Shown piece after piece: positions 39,461 to 53,011 of a stretch of 64,000 nucleotides of DNA; the stretch's first letter is position 1; each line of letters starts with the position of its first letter. A model generated the notes under the pieces. It made no database searches, had not been told where the DNA came from, and saw only the letters and a program-made list of their open reading frames with translations. A program made the translations under genes and the position numbers. Location: positions 20,522,001-20,586,000 of the forward strand of contig CM060731.1 of assembly GCA_030704615.1 (NCBI GenBank), written 5' to 3'. Origin of the DNA: Takakia lepidozioides (taxonomy: Eukaryota > Plantae > Bryophyta).

Positions 39461-41367
39461 TATGAGTACATTCTCACAAAGGTTCAAATGTAACTTGAAG
39501 GTGCGTAAAAGCTTATATGTTTTTTTGGCATCCATAGTTGGCTACTAAAACAATCTGTCAGTCTCATTTAGCTTCTTGGGTGGGGTATCTTCCACAAGAT
39601 GATGTTTTGGGTAATGTTTGGGTGTAATGGTGAATAAATGTAAATAGTTGGGCTCTTGATATATCAATCCACCCCCTAGATCCGTTTACATCGGAATGAT
39701 GGATACATGTATATTAAGGAGCCCCAATTCCATTGCCCCACCTAAAACTGTCACCTAAAAAACCCCCATTTTCAACATCAGATCATTGGAAATTTCTTTC
39801 ACCGTACAGACATTGCGACACGACTGGATGAAGAATTGTAGATGGATGATTTGAACTGGTTAGTTGGTGAGTCTTTCTAACTGGCTATGAAGGTTGGAAT
39901 CAGGGCTAGATTGTCTTTTGACCTTACCCTCATCGGAGTAATTTAAGTTACAGGCTCTACAAATAACAGTTCTATTAGGTCGCTTGAGCATTGAAGGGTT
40001 AACACACACTGAAGCAGTGAGGGGGGACAAGCCACAGCAAAATTAATCCATACTTAACCCCTAAGCGCCGGGAGCCAAATTGGAAAACACCCCCAAAATG
40101 GCCACTGTCATGAATAACCTTGTATATGCCAGCGAGAGTTCATCCATTGAATTGAACCGTACTAATTGGTACTAATTGGTTCTTACCTGACCAAATTTCA
40201 GAAAAATGACAGTCAATTTAGGGAGATCATAATAAATTACCATGGTGGATTTATCAAGTCCAAGCAAATGTGGACAAAGAAAAACACTTCAACCAAGGCA
40301 ATTTACCATCACAATTTTTTTTGCTCAATCCCGGACCACCTCAGACAGATTCCTTGCTGGTTAGAGGTACATGCATCTCAAGTTGGCTGCTACTGAAAAG
40401 TCTCCTCCAGAAATTGGAGGACCAAATTCCAAAAAAATCTACTAGCTGGTTTGTATGTGCAATTATGGGGGTGCACTTGGTGTGAACATAGAATGCTGCA
40501 TAGATCTTACACATTGTAATCAAATGCACTTTCCTCTGGTGCAATCCTGCAGTGCCCAAAGGTGAACAGGAATGTGAAATTGTTTTTAGAAAAATCCAAA
40601 TGTACAAATGAGGCTGCCTCAGATTTTGTCCAATTGGGGCGCAGTCCAATTGGGGCGCATTAAATTCCCTCATGCGCAGCTCCCCGCCGTGCTCACTTTT
40701 CCTTCGGCGACTTTTTTCATCCAAGTACATCCACGGAAGCTATCCATGGATGAAAATGGGCCTTTAGGGGTTAATTGGACCCAGAAGTAGACCAGGAGCC
40801 AAATTCAAAACAGGGGTCGCTCCCAGGTTTCCTTTTTTAAAAATAGATATAAAATTTATTTAAAAATAAATAAATATAAATAAATATAAATAAAAAACAG
40901 GAAAGCAAAACACCTTAAATTAATTTAATTTAACTTAATTGTTTTTTAAAACAACAACAACATAATGGATTTTGCTTGCTGATTCTCTCCACTTCGAAGA
41001 GGATTAAGAAACGTGTCTCCCTTCCCAATCTTTCCTGTGGCTGGTTATGCCACAGCATACTGGGTGAGTAGACTTATCTACAGCCAGTCAGAAGCTAGCA
41101 AGCACAACCCATTATGATTTGGAGCTGCACATTGTGGGTATGGAGGCAGCTAGCCCCCAGCCTTAATGGCAGGTTCAGGGCCCATTCCAAGGCACATAAC
41201 AGGCCACGAACTTACTCACATCACTACGTTTCTCAGCTCAAATACTCAAATACATATATGGCTGCAACAGCTCACATGGTCCAGAATCATTCCGCTTCTC
41301 ATACTCCAATGCTCCGTTCTCAGAGTAGAATTTCGCATCCTGGCCAAGTCTAGGAAGTTGAATGATT

Positions 41368-43584
41368 TCACTCCAAGAATTTTCAATCCTTCAAGCAATC
41401 AACAGTTTCTTGGATTACTTCCTCCAATGGTTGGTATGGAAATCCCAGATTCTGCAATTTTTGTGTATTGAGTGTGTAATATGGGGCCCTCGGTGAAGTC
41501 TCGTCAGCACATCTGAACACCCACAACCCGCACACCCAATCTCAACTTCTGGTACCCAGTAGGTCATAACCGGTCCACAGGACAGTGGAATGACTTGCTG
41601 GCAATGCAACAGGTGCAAAAATGGAGGTTGCATATCTCTATGTAGATAGAAAACACCATGTCACGATACTCAGATGACATCAAAAAGAAAGAACCTCCTT
41701 GGACTAGGTGCACCCTGCATAATCCCATGGTATTACAAGGTTGGCAGATCCAATCTCCCAACAGATAGAGGCTATCAAGAGGGGGAGGAGAGAGTGACAT
41801 ACTTGGTGTGAATAGGATATGAGGGGTAAAGCTTGGCAAGAATGGCAATAAAATCAGAAGAACGAAGCACGCGAGTCGAACATATATACCGGCCCCTCGC
41901 ATTTGGATTCTCAAATGCCAAAACATGCGCCAGCGCTACATCCTTCACCCCTACCCAGCCATTAACGAAGTTTGGATATGTCTTTGCAGTCCCTGCAACC
42001 ACAAGCCATGCTTTAGTCCTGTTAAATTCTCCACAACAGTCTTCAAGCATTCCAGCTATAGACATCTTGGCAATAGAAAGTGGCCTAATAAGACTCACCA
42101 GAGAGAAAGTCAAGCAAAATCTCCGTGCTGGTGTTGAGAGAGGATTGCAGAAAGGGGCCACTGACAAGGTGGGGTTGATAACCACCAGGTCCAGGCCCTT
42201 CTCCTTTGCAAAATCCCATGCTGCCTTTCCGCAAGTGTCTTCGACAGTACATACCATTGCTGCACCCCATCCACCTTAACCAGTCAAATGGACGTCCCTC
42301 CTTACTGTCATATGGTTTGAAACGAGATCGACAGGCAGGCAGACAGACCAGACACATGAAACGATGAAGAGACACAACTGCAGGAACAGGATGAAACAGG
42401 CAGACCCAAGGGCACCTTAGTTTCACGGCAATACTCAGCATCACTCCAAACACTCTCGTCGTAGACAGCATTTTCAGCACGGGTGCGAAGGTAGCTGACA
42501 GCTGCCACAGATGATGTCAACACAATACGCTTTGTGCCTGCCTTGGCACATGAATTCAGCACACTCAATGTTCCCTTCACTGCTGGATCAAGCAGCTGCA
42601 CCTGAAACACCCGTCCATAACCCACTGTAGAGATTCAGTCTTTACTGTCCAGTAACCGTCCAGCCAAATCATGCTTCAGTTTCCTAGGATCATAGTTTGC
42701 AACCAAAACCAAATTCACATTGGTACATTGAGATTCACCTACTGACAGGTAACCCTCCCCATGCTCCGCATGATTGAAAGTCCCTAATTACATTATGTAG
42801 CTTAAATCTTCTGGTGCGAAACTGTTCAATGTTCAAGCGACTGATGCTAGTAATGTACATGGGACTCTGGCAGTCTTCAAAAGAAAAACCACACACAGCA
42901 GCAACGTACGAGCAACCAACCTGGGAAGGCATAGGTAGGACAAACCTGGGGATCTGTGATATTCTTTTGAAAGAAGGGAGACGCAGTGTGGAAAACGCAA
43001 TCGGCGCCTTCCACAACTTTATCGAAGCTTCCTGGAGTCAAAAGATCGGCTTCGAACAGCTCCAACCGTTCATCGGCGCCTGGTAACTCACTGATGTGCT
43101 GCGCTTTCTCTGAGCTCCCCCTTCCCCTAATATGTCTCACCCCTCTGGTCGCATGCAGTGAAGACCGGGAATGTACATGTCTAACAGAATGTGCACTGAT
43201 GCAGAAGAATGCGGACTAACGTAGTAGGTTTGCAGCATGGCTCAGAGTGAGTAACACATCCGCGTTCTCAAAATTCACACCATTCAGACCATTCCGGGGA
43301 TTGTACATGATTCACTCACTTTTATAGTTGCAGGAGATACCCAGTGTAATTACCCAAAATGATTCCACTATATAGGCGCTTCCAATAACAAGACCCAAAA
43401 AACATCTCACGAAATCCCTTTGCACTAGCGGAAAACGAGAAACAAGTGAAAGCAGACTTACTTGAATTACTTGAATTACTTGAACAGTGCCGCGCACGTT
43501 GTAGCCACGGTCCAGTAGCAGCTTTACAAGCCAAGCTGCGATGAAGCCCGTAGCTCCCGAGACAACGACTGTGCTTGGAGCCAT
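41368..43584 (-). pseudogene. Cinnamoyl-CoA reductase / DFR-like SDR, 6 exons, disrupted
   Basis: VVSGATGFIAAWLVKLLLDRGY, VFHTASP, LLDPAVKGTLSVL, TSSVAAV, WYVLSKTLAE, WVGVKDVALAH. Lesions: tandem duplication at the exon-1 donor (~43457-43484), 1-nt deletions at ~42227 and ~42168, premature TGA at 41385-41383. Confidence 0.85.
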
Positions 43585-44531
43585 GGCTGGCGGTGCAGCT
43601 GCTAATATCTACTACTCAACTTTCTCCACACAAATACTTCCCAGTACCCACAAACGCCCTCCTCCCGGACAGCTCAATGATGCTTCGAGATTATATTCGA
43701 CACTACCGGCCACAAATAGAGGAGAAGGAAGATGAACATAAACACACTCTGAGTCAACTCTTTAAGTTTACTTAGAACATGTATCTTGTCTCTGGTCACC
43801 TTCCCTACCTTCTTCCTCGCCCTGAATCTTTTCTTGCCCAGTGCTTACTACCTTCGATTTATTCGCCAGTGCTGTTCAATTCTTACGTGGGAACAGTTAC
43901 AAGAGGCAATTTCAATTGGGTCATGTGCAAGGTGGGTGATTTGTCAACTCCAGGGGACCACCCACCGTCTCCTGTCGCAATGAGAGAATCTTCGAGCCCG
44001 ACATGAGCGAGCCTATTGTCCGCATCTGCGAAGGTGGCCTACGTACCTCGGGATGCGTTCTATTGCACTTGAAAGCGGATGCAGTTGGTAGAGCAAGGCA
44101 ATAAGTTATTACTTATTACTAGTTCAGAACTAACATGATCAGTTGATGTGTGATGTAGGGTGGGAGTAATGGGGGGAGGCACTTAGTGCAGGCCCCATGG
44201 CTAATGGGGGGAGGTACTTATTAGGCCCTGACATAGAAGAAGCGATGGAATCCTCTTGCGCCCCACAGAAATATCAAAAGAGAAGAAGCAGCGGACCTAG
44301 TGGACCCAGTAGTTTTCTGTACACTCGCAATGCATCAAGTATAAATCCAGAATTCAAGCATTTACGATAGCGAACAATGGGCGATCTAGGGCAGGGCCTC
44401 GGACAGGAAACTGGTCAACGACAATGGAGTTATGCATTGGTGCCTGCTCAATGGGACCATGACAAAACATCAACCACAATGATGAGAGAAATGGAGAAGT
44501 TTTAGACTATATCCACAACGCGAGTCAAATC

Positions 44532-44813
44532 CAGTGTTGGGCGGTTATTTGATTTCTTTCATAACCTCCTGTTCCGGTTTTCACAAAATCCTAGGATCAA
44601 AGAGTTAATTGTAAAAACCTCAAAGAACCGGCGGTTTTCATCAAATAACCAGCGGGTCTTTGGCGGATCTTTGACGGTTTTCGTAACCGGCAGTTATGAG
44701 CCTTTGCCGGTTCTTTGTTTTTTTTTTAGAACCACGGTTATATATATATATAACCTTCCTGATAACCTCCGGGGGGGTTTGTAGCTGAATCAAAGAACCT
44801 CCCAACAACACTA
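44532..44813. mobile_element. hAT-family MITE (282 bp)
   Basis: Ends CAGTGTTG / CAACACTA. 8-bp TSD GTCAAATC (44524-44531) / GTCAAGTC (44814-44821). Internal AACCG/CGGTT motifs. Confidence 0.8.
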
Positions 44814-46237
44814 GTCAAGTCCCTAACCTTGGAGCAACTTTTTTTTTTTTTTGGGAGAAGGCCTGAGGGAGGCCAAATGTATTGATGATGAGGAAAAAAT
44901 AACCTCACATGACAGGCCATGGAGGCTGAGAAAGGGGACACTGCCCTGTAACTAGGAGAATCCAAAAGACAGGTCCTACTTTGAAAGCTGCTGGAGCAAC
45001 TTTGCAAGGTCAAATGGGACAATCTTCAAAAATAAAATTGAAAACTTTGTTTATTGCTGGAATAACCTCCCTCAAAATTTCAGCTCCACACAAATAGATA
45101 ACGTAAAATTGGTAATATTGCTTCGTGCAATGTGGTCACGATGCCTCCATGATAAAAAGGAATAATTGTGGCTTCGAATAGCATCCAAATCTCAAACACT
45201 GAAAAATCACAACATGATTAGCGATGGTATCTGTCTACTTGTAATTCAAGACTACACTGGGGATACTTTCATCATTGCTTCCATCTTCTTCTTGACAGCT
45301 AATAGAAGGGTTTCAAAATCTTTGGTAACAGCATTAGAACTTGTTGCAACATCATCATGGTGATGCCTTGAAACACCAATAGCTCTATATCTATCATCTT
45401 TTTAAATCTCTCTGATAACCGATCCCCAAACTACACTTGTGAGTATGAGCGCTTGCAATAATCAACTACTCAAGTTATATGCAACCTACTCACTACGGCC
45501 TCTATCAGGCTATGTTATAGGTCGGCACCAACCCCGTCGGTCAAAAATTCCCAGTTAGTTAACCCAGTCAGTGCGACAGAACCAGCTTGGGAGCTTTCAA
45601 TAGGGTGGTTTTGTGTGATGTGCAAGTGGTTGTGTATGTATGGTGTATGAACTTGGTGATGCTACCCTAATATCTTGCAATTGATTGGTGGATTTGTATT
45701 CATGCTCAACAGTAGGTACTCTGTTTGTGGCAAGGCTTTAATTTTCAGAGGGCAAACTCTCTATAAAATAGAATAAAATAGACTTTCTCAAATAAGAAGA
45801 GCATATCTTTATCTTTGGAATTACGAAGATTTGGTGGAAAAAAAAAATGAAACAATTACAAGTTGTCTGCATGTAGAGATTGCCAAAAACCCAATTTCCT
45901 ACTTGAATTTGCCTAAGCAGGTAGAGAATTTTGGCCAAGAAAAAGGGGACACGTCATCAATTTCGATGAACTGACGGGCCTGCTATCGAACACCCCCAAA
46001 ATGGCCAACAATGACATGGGAAATGGGTGGTTCTTATTAGACTACACTGTGGGTTACAAATAGAATATTAACAGGGGTGACATTTCCAAAATGAGGACAC
46101 TAGGAGCGAAGTGCTCATCTCATCCTAAGAAACTAACAGAAATATGTAATGGCAGTACATTAATCCTTCTCTCTGAATTAGAAGCGGGATATACAAGTTT
46201 CACACCAATCAATTCATATAAAACTTTGATGAAGAGT

Positions 46238-46807
46238 TCAACAATGAGGACATCTAAATGGAAACGTTGTTGCTGGAATTCTAAGACAATTTGCGTGATA
46301 CAAACAGCGGCAACGCTGACATTTCATCATTCGAATGTCAGGGTTTTCAGGCATCCTGCATACACAATGTAATGGGTTGTCTCCATGCGAGACTTCGTTG
46401 GTGCGAGTATTAAAATCATAGCGATGGATGTAGACATCGGTACCAATGTTTTGTAGCCGTTTGTATCCTTCGAGATCGTAGACAAAACATTTTCCCACTA
46501 TTTTTGTTATTGTCATGTAGCGATCAGACAACAACAACTCATGTATACCATGATAAGGCCCTCTCCCTTCAGGAGTGTCCTCTGGCCGAACATAGAAACG
46601 AACCCGCAAATTATGTTGTAGTCCAGTGTAATTTTCCCCCAAAAACTCCCTCATTGATTCTACTCGAGCCACCATGACCCTCACATTCCTCAAATCACGA
46701 TTACGGACAACGCCTCGTAAGACGTACACATGGTTACCACACTCTATCAAGTTTGTATTCACTATGGCGGAGTTAATAACTCTGCCCGGGTAGGTTAATG
46801 GGTCCAT
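46238..46807 (-). CDS. Intronless, divergent EBS/SHL-like BAH-PHD protein (189 aa)
   Basis: BAH motifs VARVE, VRFYVRPED..GRGPYHGIHELLLSD, IVGKCFV. PHD C4HC3: CVCRMPENPD..MMKCQRCRCLYHANC..FRCPHC. ORF is uninterrupted from ATG to TGA. Confidence 0.85.
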   Translation of the reverse strand: MDPLTYPGRVINSAIVNTNLIECGNHVYVLRGVVRNRDLRNVRVMVARVESMREFLGENYTGLQHNLRVRFYVRPEDTPEGRGPYHGIHELLLSDRYMTITKIVGKCFVYDLEGYKRLQNIGTDVYIHRYDFNTRTNEVSHGDNPLHCVCRMPENPDIRMMKCQRCRCLYHANCLRIPATTFPFRCPHC

Positions 46808-48105
46808 TATCGTTAGTAGGAAATGAGAATATAAATGATCTTAGAGTTCTTGATTTTAATAGGTTCTTGATATGACTATCATGGTCATGAAGGAGTAGAA
46901 AAATGTGATGTTTTGAGTCCACTCTCTTTGATCGATTTAGTGGAAAACTCTAAATGATTACTTCAAATGTTGCATCATATTTGCAAATTATCTGGCTTGT
47001 GAGTATAATTCAAAGCAATTTGCATGATGTTTTTATAGTCGAGTTTTGAAACAACTCAATGTGTCCATCTTATGTTTCGTTATAATTTGATGCATGTTAA
47101 ATTGAAGAATGATGTTCAAATTAATACACGCATGTGGCCTTCAATACTTATGTATTGTGTCGGACGCTATTATATTCGAGAGAAGTCATGATTGAATGTT
47201 TTGCAAGTAACAAAGACCCATGTTCTCATCTTGAGCTCATTAAGATTTTATATTGAAGCTATCCATGATGGTTTCCTATCCTTCTAGTCTCACATGGGCA
47301 CTACAATCTCGAACAGTCATCAGCAAAGGATATAGTGTATACTCCCATATACCCTTTCGACACGAAAGGGTGTTGTACCCCTTCCAATCCTAACAGCCTA
47401 CGTACAAAATATATTAGTAATAAAAATGACGTTTCAAACCGGTTCAAATGACTTAGAACATATGTAATCATTATGGGTCAAAATGACTTGCACACTACTT
47501 TGTATATGCATGTCAAGTCACCGGCATAGTTAACATTACGACTGGCAGGGCAGATGAAGGCTAACAAGAACATGACCAGAGGAATTTTGCTTCTCTCAAA
47601 AATTGGGATACATTTGGGAAGATTTGGGGGTCCCATGATAAGAATGGTCATTTTTACCTCCCCCAGGTTTTCCCATACAAAGCAACCATTGTGAATTTTT
47701 TGAATTTGGCTCTGGATTGAAACCGGGGTCACAGAGGTTACGCCTATTGGAATACTAATGCCAAGGTTACACTACAAGAGCCTCCCACCAAGAATCGAAC
47801 CCAAAACCTCACCATCTGTAATGCTATGACCTTCAAATCACGCTACCCACCACAACATGGAACCCACTTGGATTCTTAAGTATTTAATTGTGAAACTGAG
47901 GTAAGAGGGGGTGGGGGGGCGGAATTTGACAGGGGCCCGCCGGAGGAGCCCAGGCTGCCAGAATCCGGCGAAAATACCGTCAGATCGCACGCGTCCATTA
48001 AGTTCTTACATTTTTATTTTTATCCTTTTTTTTTAAGGAAATGGGAACAGTTTTAATCAAATTAAATAAACGCATGGAATACATGCGAGCCCTACCTTAT
48101 TGTAG

Positions 48106-49190
48106 TTACAAATCGGTTGTAAAATGATTGACGTAATCTGGAAGTGTGAATGCTAAGTAAATGGGTTTGTGGTCGGTCCAATATGCTTCTTTTGTTCCAG
48201 ACAAACAATGTTGCATAGGTGAATTAATCCATATATGATCTAATTGAGAATTATAGTTTGTTGTAGGTTCATTGAATGTAAGATGAAAGTTGTAGTGTTT
48301 CATGAATGAGTGAAGAGAAACAGATTCTCTATTGGATTTGTGAAGATTGATATTAAAGTCTCCGATAAAAATAGTGGGACAATTTTTCGGTGCTCGATCA
48401 TATAAGTTTTGTAATTTTATAAAATGTTGTGAAAAGAAAGCAAAGGAGGTTTGTATATTGCAATGACATGAATGGCTCTATGAGAATTTGGATTGAAAGA
48501 CGCAGCAATGAATTCTGCACCGTTGTGTGTTTGGATTTCGTAATTTTGAAGCGAGGTGGTTTTATCATATAGAATGGTTGTTCCGAGTCCATCATAACAC
48601 GAGAGTCTTGAAAACGATCATTAGGTGCATATAGTGACCAGTTTTGATTGTTTGGATGTAACGTGTTTCATTTAAACATAATATATGAGATGTTCGTAGG
48701 CTGTAGTCGCTCATAATATCACAATGATGATTGTGCATTGAACGAATATTTAACGATTGAATGATTGCATGCGTGCGAAATAGTAGTTGCAAATTTGGTG
48801 TAGACAAATTCCATTTGGTAGTTGTTTGAAGTCTAATTATTTGGTTACGTATGATGTCATCCACATGGAAATTTTTGTCATGTAATGGAGCTAGGAGATA
48901 TAAGTGTTGTCGTTCTTTTATGCGCGATAAAGTTGTGTATGTCAATCCGTGCTTGTTCATGTTTGTTGGGTCAAATGCAAGACGGTCCATGGTCAGTCCT
49001 TACGCTCTGTGTATAGTACGTGCTGCTGCAAGTTCAATTGGGAACTGGGTACGAGTTATTACGTGGTCAGGATTATCCATGAATTGAATTTCTTTGGTTT
49101 TGGCTGCAATTGGAGTCCAAGATTTACATATGTCACAATTGTTTTGGTATGTGTGAGTAAGAAGCTCGTGTTTCATGTCATATTTGTTCA
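48106..49190 (-). mobile_element. Helentron/Helitron2 remnant: PIF1 helicase C-terminus fused to an APE-type endonuclease
   Basis: Helicase motifs RTQFPIELAAARTIHRA*GLT and GLTYTTLSR, followed by EEP motifs SLNIRS, LCLNET, IGDFN, LDHIWI, TDHKPI. Stops and frameshifts present. Confidence 0.88.
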
Positions 49191-49759
49191 TTAAGAAAAT
49201 ATAACCCTATTTTAACTAATTCTGGACTTTTGGCTTAAATCCGGACCAAACTTAATATGTATTTGAATTAAAATTAATTCAAAATTAATTCAAAATTTAT
49301 TAATAATATCTTGGATAGTAATGTGTGATTGAACTTTGTGAAATTATCAGTGATGTCATACTTGCTTCAAAATGTAACATATAAGATGTCCATTTGACAT
49401 TGAAGTGCTTGTGAAGTTGCAGTGTAACTCAACAATTCATTGAACGTCGACTGGGAAGTCGAATGATGTAATATTACATTATGTTACAATACGATAAACA
49501 AATGTGTCGAATCGAACATGGGATAGACTCATAGTCCATACTTGATATAAGTTGATAGTAATTTTGATTGAATCTTCATGTTGACAAGCACAATATTCAT
49601 AGACAATGCCATTGGAATGATGTTTTGGGTGTGAGAGGGCAGTAAAATATTAAAATAGCGTGAACATTAGGAAGATGACCTACTAGGGCAGTAAAATAAG
49701 GTTTGGGGTGTAACTAGATATATTAAGTGCAATAAGGTCCAAGTTTGTGGTGACTCGGA

Positions 49760-50895
49760 GAAGGGTTTAGGGTTTTAAAGGGTTTAGGATAGGAAAAGGA
49801 GAAACAAATATGGACGACTCTAAACCTCTGTAGAATGTAAAAATGTAAGGGGAATTTGATATCCATGTAATCATTCTATCATACGTTATCCAACTTGAAA
49901 ATTAAAGAAAACATTAAGAGAATGATACAAATTTTACAAGAGGTAACATGGTAGTACAATAAGGTTTGGAGTTTATTATAAGTAGGGTACTACACTAAGG
50001 TTTTGGTATATGGTTAAAAAGTAATGGTTTAGGGTGCTAAGGGTCACGCTTAAGCTTGGGGTAAGGATTATTAAGGGAAGGGTAAAGGGAAAGGTAAGGG
50101 TTTAGGGTTTGGATTTAGGGTAGAAAGGGACAAACAAATATGGAAGACTCACACATGGTAGTACAATAACTTGGTTTGGAGTGTAAGTAGGGTAGTACAC
50201 TAACCTGGTTTTTGGTATATTATGGTAAGAGTACTAATGGTTTAGGGTAGTAAGTGTCAGGCTTAAGCTTAGGGTAAGGATTAAGGCCAGGGTTCAGGAA
50301 TGGGTAAGGATTTAGGGTTTGGATTTAGGTAGTTCAAATGGACAAACAAATATAGAAGAATCACACATGGTAGTACAATAACTTGGTTTGGAATGTAGGT
50401 AGGGTAGTACACTAACCTGGTTTTTGGTATATTATGGTAAGAGTACTAATGGTTTAGGGTAGTAAGTGTCAGGCTTAAGCTTAGGGTAAGGATTAAGGCC
50501 AGGGTAAATGAATGGGTAAGGATTTAGGGTTTGGATTTAGGGTAGTTCAAAGGGACAAACAAATATAGAAGATTCACACATGGTAGTACAATAACTTGGT
50601 TTGGAGTGTAAGTAGGGTAGTACACTAACCTGGTTTTTGGTATATGGTAAGAGTAATGGTTTAAGGTAGTAAGTGTCAGGCTTAATCTTAGGATAAGGAT
50701 TAAGGCCAGGGTAAGGGTTTGGATTTATGGGAGTACACAAAGGTTTTTGGTATATGGTAAGAGTAATAGTTTAGGGTACTAAGTGTCCGGCTTCAGCCTA
50801 TGGAAGGGTTAAGGGAAGGGTAAAACGAAGGGTAAGGATTTAGAGGTTATGGTAAAGATATAAATGGACAAACAAATATAGAAGACTCGCACTCA
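49760..50895 (+). repeat. ~212-bp tandem repeat built from degenerate TTTAGGG units
   Basis: Anchor GACAAACAAATAT(A/G)GAAGA at 50129, 50341, 50554 and 50867, with a diverged copy at ~49801. Units are rich in GGTTTAGGG/GATTTAGGG/TTAGGGTAAGG. Confidence 0.9.
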
Positions 50896-51079
50896 CTAGA
50901 ACCAGACATTGCAAAAAAAACATTTAGACCGGATTGGAAAAGAAAGAATCCAGGGGTTGTGCCAGCTTTTTTTTTTTTTTGTGCATTGTCTGTTTTGTAA
51001 GCCAGAATCCCCCATGTCACGAATATATGTAGATGAACAGAATGTACAGCAGTGCAGAGTCCAACACGACATATAGATG

Positions 51080-51103
51080 AACGTCCACTGCCCACTCGAG
51101 GTT
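51080..51103. repeat. 24-bp palindrome, copy 1 (degenerate, 3 mismatches)
   Basis: AACGTCCACTG-CC-CACTCGAGGTT, flanked by ATG/CAT; ~150 nt 3' of the transposase stop. Confidence 0.75.
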
Positions 51104-53011
51104 CATTGCGACAGAAAAAGAAGACAGGAAGGCCCAACGCAAACACGAAGGGAAAGAAGCGTAAAGAAATTTTTTATTCTTAAAATGAAAGACCGGAAAT
51201 AACCTCAACATTTAGTCCATGGATGGAAAATGGTTCGCAAGAAGGAAACCTTCAGGTATCTGGCTGAAGGTTAGCAACCTCCAAATTCGCGTGCGCCTTC
51301 ACTGCTTCCGCCGCTGTAATTCTCTTGGTGCTATTTCTTGTCGTATTTTCTCGTGGCGGCATTGTCCACACGACATAGTTCACGTGGATCCATTGAGCAG
51401 GATGATGGGTTGTACTCCCAAACTTTTGACCAACAGTCCCTGTACCTCTCAAAGTCTGAGGGGTTACCTCCTTTCTTCGGTCTCCACCACTCTACCTTCA
51501 CTTTCTTAAAATTAGGATCTTCCATTTCTCGGATGACATCTGAAATTGCCATTCCCATTCAGACCGGGCACGTCGTTGGGTCATGAGGGTGAACGAGCAC
51601 AAAAAACCCTTTCTCAATATCCTTGAACGGATTCAAGGGTATCATTGGACGCTCACACCTAGGGCCACGGTAAGGTTCTGGAACTTCATCCTCATCTTCC
51701 ATATCTTCCAGTATCTGTGGCTGGATGCCATCTCTCCGATGGTTTGAGGACCAATTTGTTTTCGGCCAAAATCCCTCAAGAAGCTGAATACGATCCGGAA
51801 TGTCTTGCATTGGCTTATCAAGTTCGGCAAGAATATTTCCCCAGTATTGGTCATATTGTTCCATCACACCCCGGTAATGATCGTCAAGCAACATTTCTTT
51901 GGTCCAAAAATATCTGTATTTCTTAATACCATTTTTTATGAATGACTGTTTTTCTAAGGAGTCGTCATCGACTCCCCATATCGGTCTTCTTGGAACGACA
52001 TCTGGTTCTCCTTCAGGGAGATATGGAGTCCCATCAGGATTGGACTTCCACATCTTAACGCTGGAGTTTGTAGGAAGCCCCTCCGAATCAGTAGCTGACT
52101 TCTTGTACTTCATAACGGGCCAGCCATCCGCATCCTTAAAAAATCGAAAGACGTGCATCTCTGAGATCCCCACCAAAGCCTCATTTCCATCATGAATACA
52201 ACCCTTAACAAACTTCTTGAAGTCGGGAACTTCCTGTGTGATTTGAGGAATGAATTGCATATCTTGGGAGATCATGAATGACCTCATCAAATCCGGAAGA
52301 ATGTAGGTGCTGCGTTCCTTTAGCTTCTTCGAGAGATAACTAAAGAATCCGTCAATATCCTCATGGGTGTGCCCGACCATGAGAAAACCAAGCTGGATCT
52401 CTTCAAAGACATCTTTGGCAGTGAGGAGGGATATGAAAGCAAGCATCCATCTGTTCAGGAGTTGTCCATCTGCAAATAAAGTCGTCTAAGAAGTGGTCAA
52501 GCACCACATTTATCGTGCGGCCTGCAGGGTTTCAGAGCCTCCAAACATCTCGATTTACCTCTCATGAGCGTTTCAAAAAAATCATTTTGAACTTCAATGT
52601 CGAAAATGTTCCTGGATTCCCGGCATGTCGGCTTTTCCAGTTGGCGCAGGCACCGAGCCAGCGACCCAAATGTGAAGTTTGAATTGCCTTTCCAGAACTC
52701 AAGGGAAAATTGAGCGTAAGCTCCGTCTCCGTGTCCGTGTGTAACCATTCCTGTCAATGAAACAGGCAACTGACCCAATCCGGAGACCATCTTGTTCGTC
52801 GTCTGTAGCCTCGGAATAGCCGTTTTCTTATGATCCATCTTATCATGAATAATACATAGGAACTCCTCCGGAACCATAACGGACTCATTCCTCCAGCTAT
52901 GGTACAGCCTTCTGCATGACTCTTGATGCCTCAAGTGCAAATCAAACGTCCGCTTATGTGCGATCTGTTCGGAACTCCTCTTAATCGACTTCTTGATCAA
53001 GTCCTTGAACA

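Noticed and set aside
47780-47865. tRNA-like sequence on the minus strand (GGTTCGATTC B-box)
   Set aside because: No convincing cloverleaf; at best a decayed SINE head.
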